A stretch of 64,000 bases of DNA, from NCBI GenBank assembly GCA_050273025.1, contig CP158635.1:6386001-6450000 (forward strand), in the 5' to 3' direction. The translations under genes were made by a program, and so were the position numbers. The stretch's first letter is position 1, and the number at the start of each line of letters is the position of its first letter. Source of the stretch: Cenococcum geophilum. Lineage: Eukaryota. Positions 61,586-64,000 of this stretch are shown here, piece by piece. The notes under the pieces were generated by a model. That model searched no databases. It was not told where the DNA came from and was given only the letters and a program-made list of their open reading frames with translations.

Positions 61586-64000
61586 TCAATACCTTCCTCC
61601 ACTCGCCCTCTCACGCTCGTAAAATACTATATACGCTTGCTCGTTTTGCAACCTGTCATTTCTTCCCAGATTTGCGGGGTCAAAATCTGTGGCCCTTTCA
61701 TCATTGAATTGCCTCCAGCACCCTCTAAACTTATCTTTCACCATCGCGATGTAGTGCCCGCTGCTCAACGTGCTTCCAATATGTCTCATGACCGCATACG
61801 CATTATAGATGTAAGGCCCATTCATCGCTGGGTCAGCTTTGAGTGCTTCCAATTGCACAGGCCCATCTTTCGCATGTGTAGTGATGTAATCTTCACCTTC
61901 CTGCGTTGTGGGTGGGAGCACGAAAGGTCCCAAGTCTAACCCGTGAAGTGGGAACTCGATTGGCGTGCGGACTTTCCTTGCCTTCTCAGTATGTGAGGCG
62001 CTGAAGCGTTTGAAATGAACGACCAAGAACTCAGGGGCACGTGTAATGGTGATTTTTTTAGTGGCCTCGCGCTCCACACGGCAACGTGGGCACCGCCACA
62101 CCTCATCACCGGACAGCCGTTCAGAGGAGCAGTAAGAGCTGAGACAGTCCCTCAGATCTGCTGGCCGGTCACGGGGAATTTCAACGCTGATGCTCCAAAA
62201 AGCTTCATAGGTTGTACTAGTATTCCCACACGTCGTGCAATGTAGGCATGAGGCGTGTTGGCCCGCAAAGAGGTTGCCGATGACGGATTTTTCGCGGTGT
62301 GTATAACGGCCCCATTCAACTTTTGCGGCGTAAGCTCTAGGGAGGCGCTCACGAGCTTGTTCATCGGCCGCGGTAAGCTCGCGAAGAGGTGGTTTAGCCC
62401 ATGTTGTGTTGAGGTCTTCGTGCAAGAGGTCGAGGAGAAATTCAAGAAACTCTTTAGCATCTTGTTGCCGGTCCATGCCCCATTCGGAGTTGAAGCGAGC
62501 GCATAGTCTCTGTAGCTGGGGGTCAGATGTGATGTAGTAAGAGGGACTGAATTTGAAGTTGGACCAATGGTGCTTGGTATTAAAGGGAGAATTGAACTTA
62601 CTCTTAACGAACTGGGGCGGACAGATGTGACATCGTTCTTCCATAAATTCTGGATGAGAGTGGCGTAGTTCTCTGACATGAGACCTTTGGAACCCTTCCA
62701 GTTATCCCGTTGGATCTCTTTCAGGTATTGATTGCTAAGGAAGATGCCGGTTAGTGGTATAGTGGCATTCAGACACTGGATCGTGGAGTTCATGTAGCAA
62801 GTGACTCCAAAGTTAATCAAGCCGGTCCGAGGAAGTCTATTTTGAGGGTGGTGATTAGGAGAGACGTATGCGGGAAGTTGAAAGGTTCGTCCATGAGGAG
62901 TGATTTGCCGTTCGTGAACTCCACCATAACTCATCCGTGGCACAGAAGGTGGTGGCCGTGATGGGGCAGATGGAATAGCTGGAGCGACGTAGGCGTTTGG
63001 AACCGGAGGCCGAGACGGTGGATAAATCATAGATTGCTGCTCTATCTCAGATGGATCTGGATAGCGAAGTATGAAATCCTCAGTGGTTCGGTATATTGGT
63101 GAGACATCTTCATTCTCCCCTTTAAGCATGGGCCTTTCCCGTCGAGCTTCCTCCAACCATTTCCGTTCTTCTTCAGCATCCATAGGAGCATAATCGCGGA
63201 AACGTCTCCTTTGGAGATTGAGTCTGGCAGCATTACTGGCCACCGGGACTCTTCCGATGGCTCGTGATGGCTTCGCATATCCAGCAGCATAAGCGGCAGC
63301 TGTTGTCGAAGTTTTTAGAGACCTCGACCCTAGAATACGTGTCCATGCGTCAATACCACCCATCAAAAGAATCGGAGGTCGCTGTAGTGGCTTCTCCGAG
63401 TTGAACTCGTAAAGAGTATCGAAGAGACGCTGTAGGGCGATTTCACTCCCATTTCGATTTAGCTTGCTTCGAAAGTTTACACTTGTAGTTGATTGATCGT
63501 AGTACACCACCAAGTCATATTGGTCTCGACGATCGAACATGGTCTGCTCCTCATCTGGGGAGAGCACAAGCCGATCCGTTAATTGCTCTGCTGAGTAGCC
63601 ATCCACTAGTGCAGTAGGCTCAACACAAATAATGGAGTCGACATAAATATGCCCTTCGTCAAACTCCTCGCGATTCCGAACGTCAATTAGAAGTATGTTA
63701 TACATCGCAATGTAGTCGAAGAGCTTTTCAGCACTAATCTGGAGCTCCAGGGGCATGTGAATGGATTTCCGCCTGCTAGAAGCGGTCGTTTGGGAAGTAT
63801 TGGAAGAGTTGGTGAGATATGAGTCTGTCTCGCCATTAGTGCTAGGTGGATGAGACGAGACACTCGAAGCTGCCATGGAATTGCTTCGACCACCAGTTCC
63901 TACTATGCTGCGAGCAGTACTCCTTGGTGGAGGAATACTGGCGGGAGTTGACAAATTTCGCGCTGGACTGTATGTTGGACTCGGTTCTTTCGGCATAGAA
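61586..64000 (-). CDS. DOA4: Ubiquitin-specific protease of the Doa4/Ubp4 (USP8) type; 5' end outside the window
   Basis: Rhodanese-like domain (LLIDVRNREEFDEGHI..CVEP), Cys box GLINFGVTCYMNSTIQCL, intron 62,601-62,510, QQDAKEFL, WRCPRC, VHFKRF, His box HIGSTLSSGHYIAMVK..FNDE; stop at 61,586. Confidence 0.93.

Noticed and set aside
62152..62644. Apparent frameshift or overlap between the 614-aa and 352-aa ORFs
   Set aside because: Explained by a canonical 92-nt GT-AG intron (62,601-62,510) in a single DOA4 gene.

Overview
Eukaryotic DNA from a filamentous ascomycete with active RIP (repeat-induced point mutation). Most ORFs in the supplied track are RIP or tandem-repeat artefacts, so I read the decayed genes by reversing C>T/G>A changes by eye; pseudogene boundaries are approximate. 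The window has two compartments. (1) 1-~51,120 is an AT/TpA-rich block of decayed mobile DNA. It starts with a Ty1/copia element (1-5,894). Next is a ~14 kb RIP-mutated multigene cassette (5.9-19.8 kb) carrying a SNF2 helicase, an intron-containing fragment of the RNAi/meiotic-silencing helicase Hrr1/SAD-3, a DUF6532-like gene and several tandem arrays. Then come three copies of one ~7.9 kb chromodomain Ty3/gypsy family nested inside each other in alternating orientation (TSDs TAAGG, ATACT, CAGTA), all inside a solo LTR (TSD GTATC). The block ends with a second truncated gypsy element, which carries a 1.6 kb TRIM-like insertion (TSD ATTTG), and the end of an unclassified element. (2) ~51,120-64,000 is GC-balanced gene space: COQ5 (-) divergent from the branched-chain keto-acid dehydrogenase E1 alpha gene (+), an unknown beta-solenoid protein ending in a PPPPY motif (-), a RIP-decayed hAT transposon containing a tRNA-like segment, and the 3' part of a DOA4/UBP4-type deubiquitinase (-). 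Best leads: the repeated SNF2 plus captured Hrr1/SAD-3 cassette, the spliced antisense Cys6/coiled-coil gene in every gypsy-A copy, and a ~20-fold frame-independent excess of TACGGA in the copia element.
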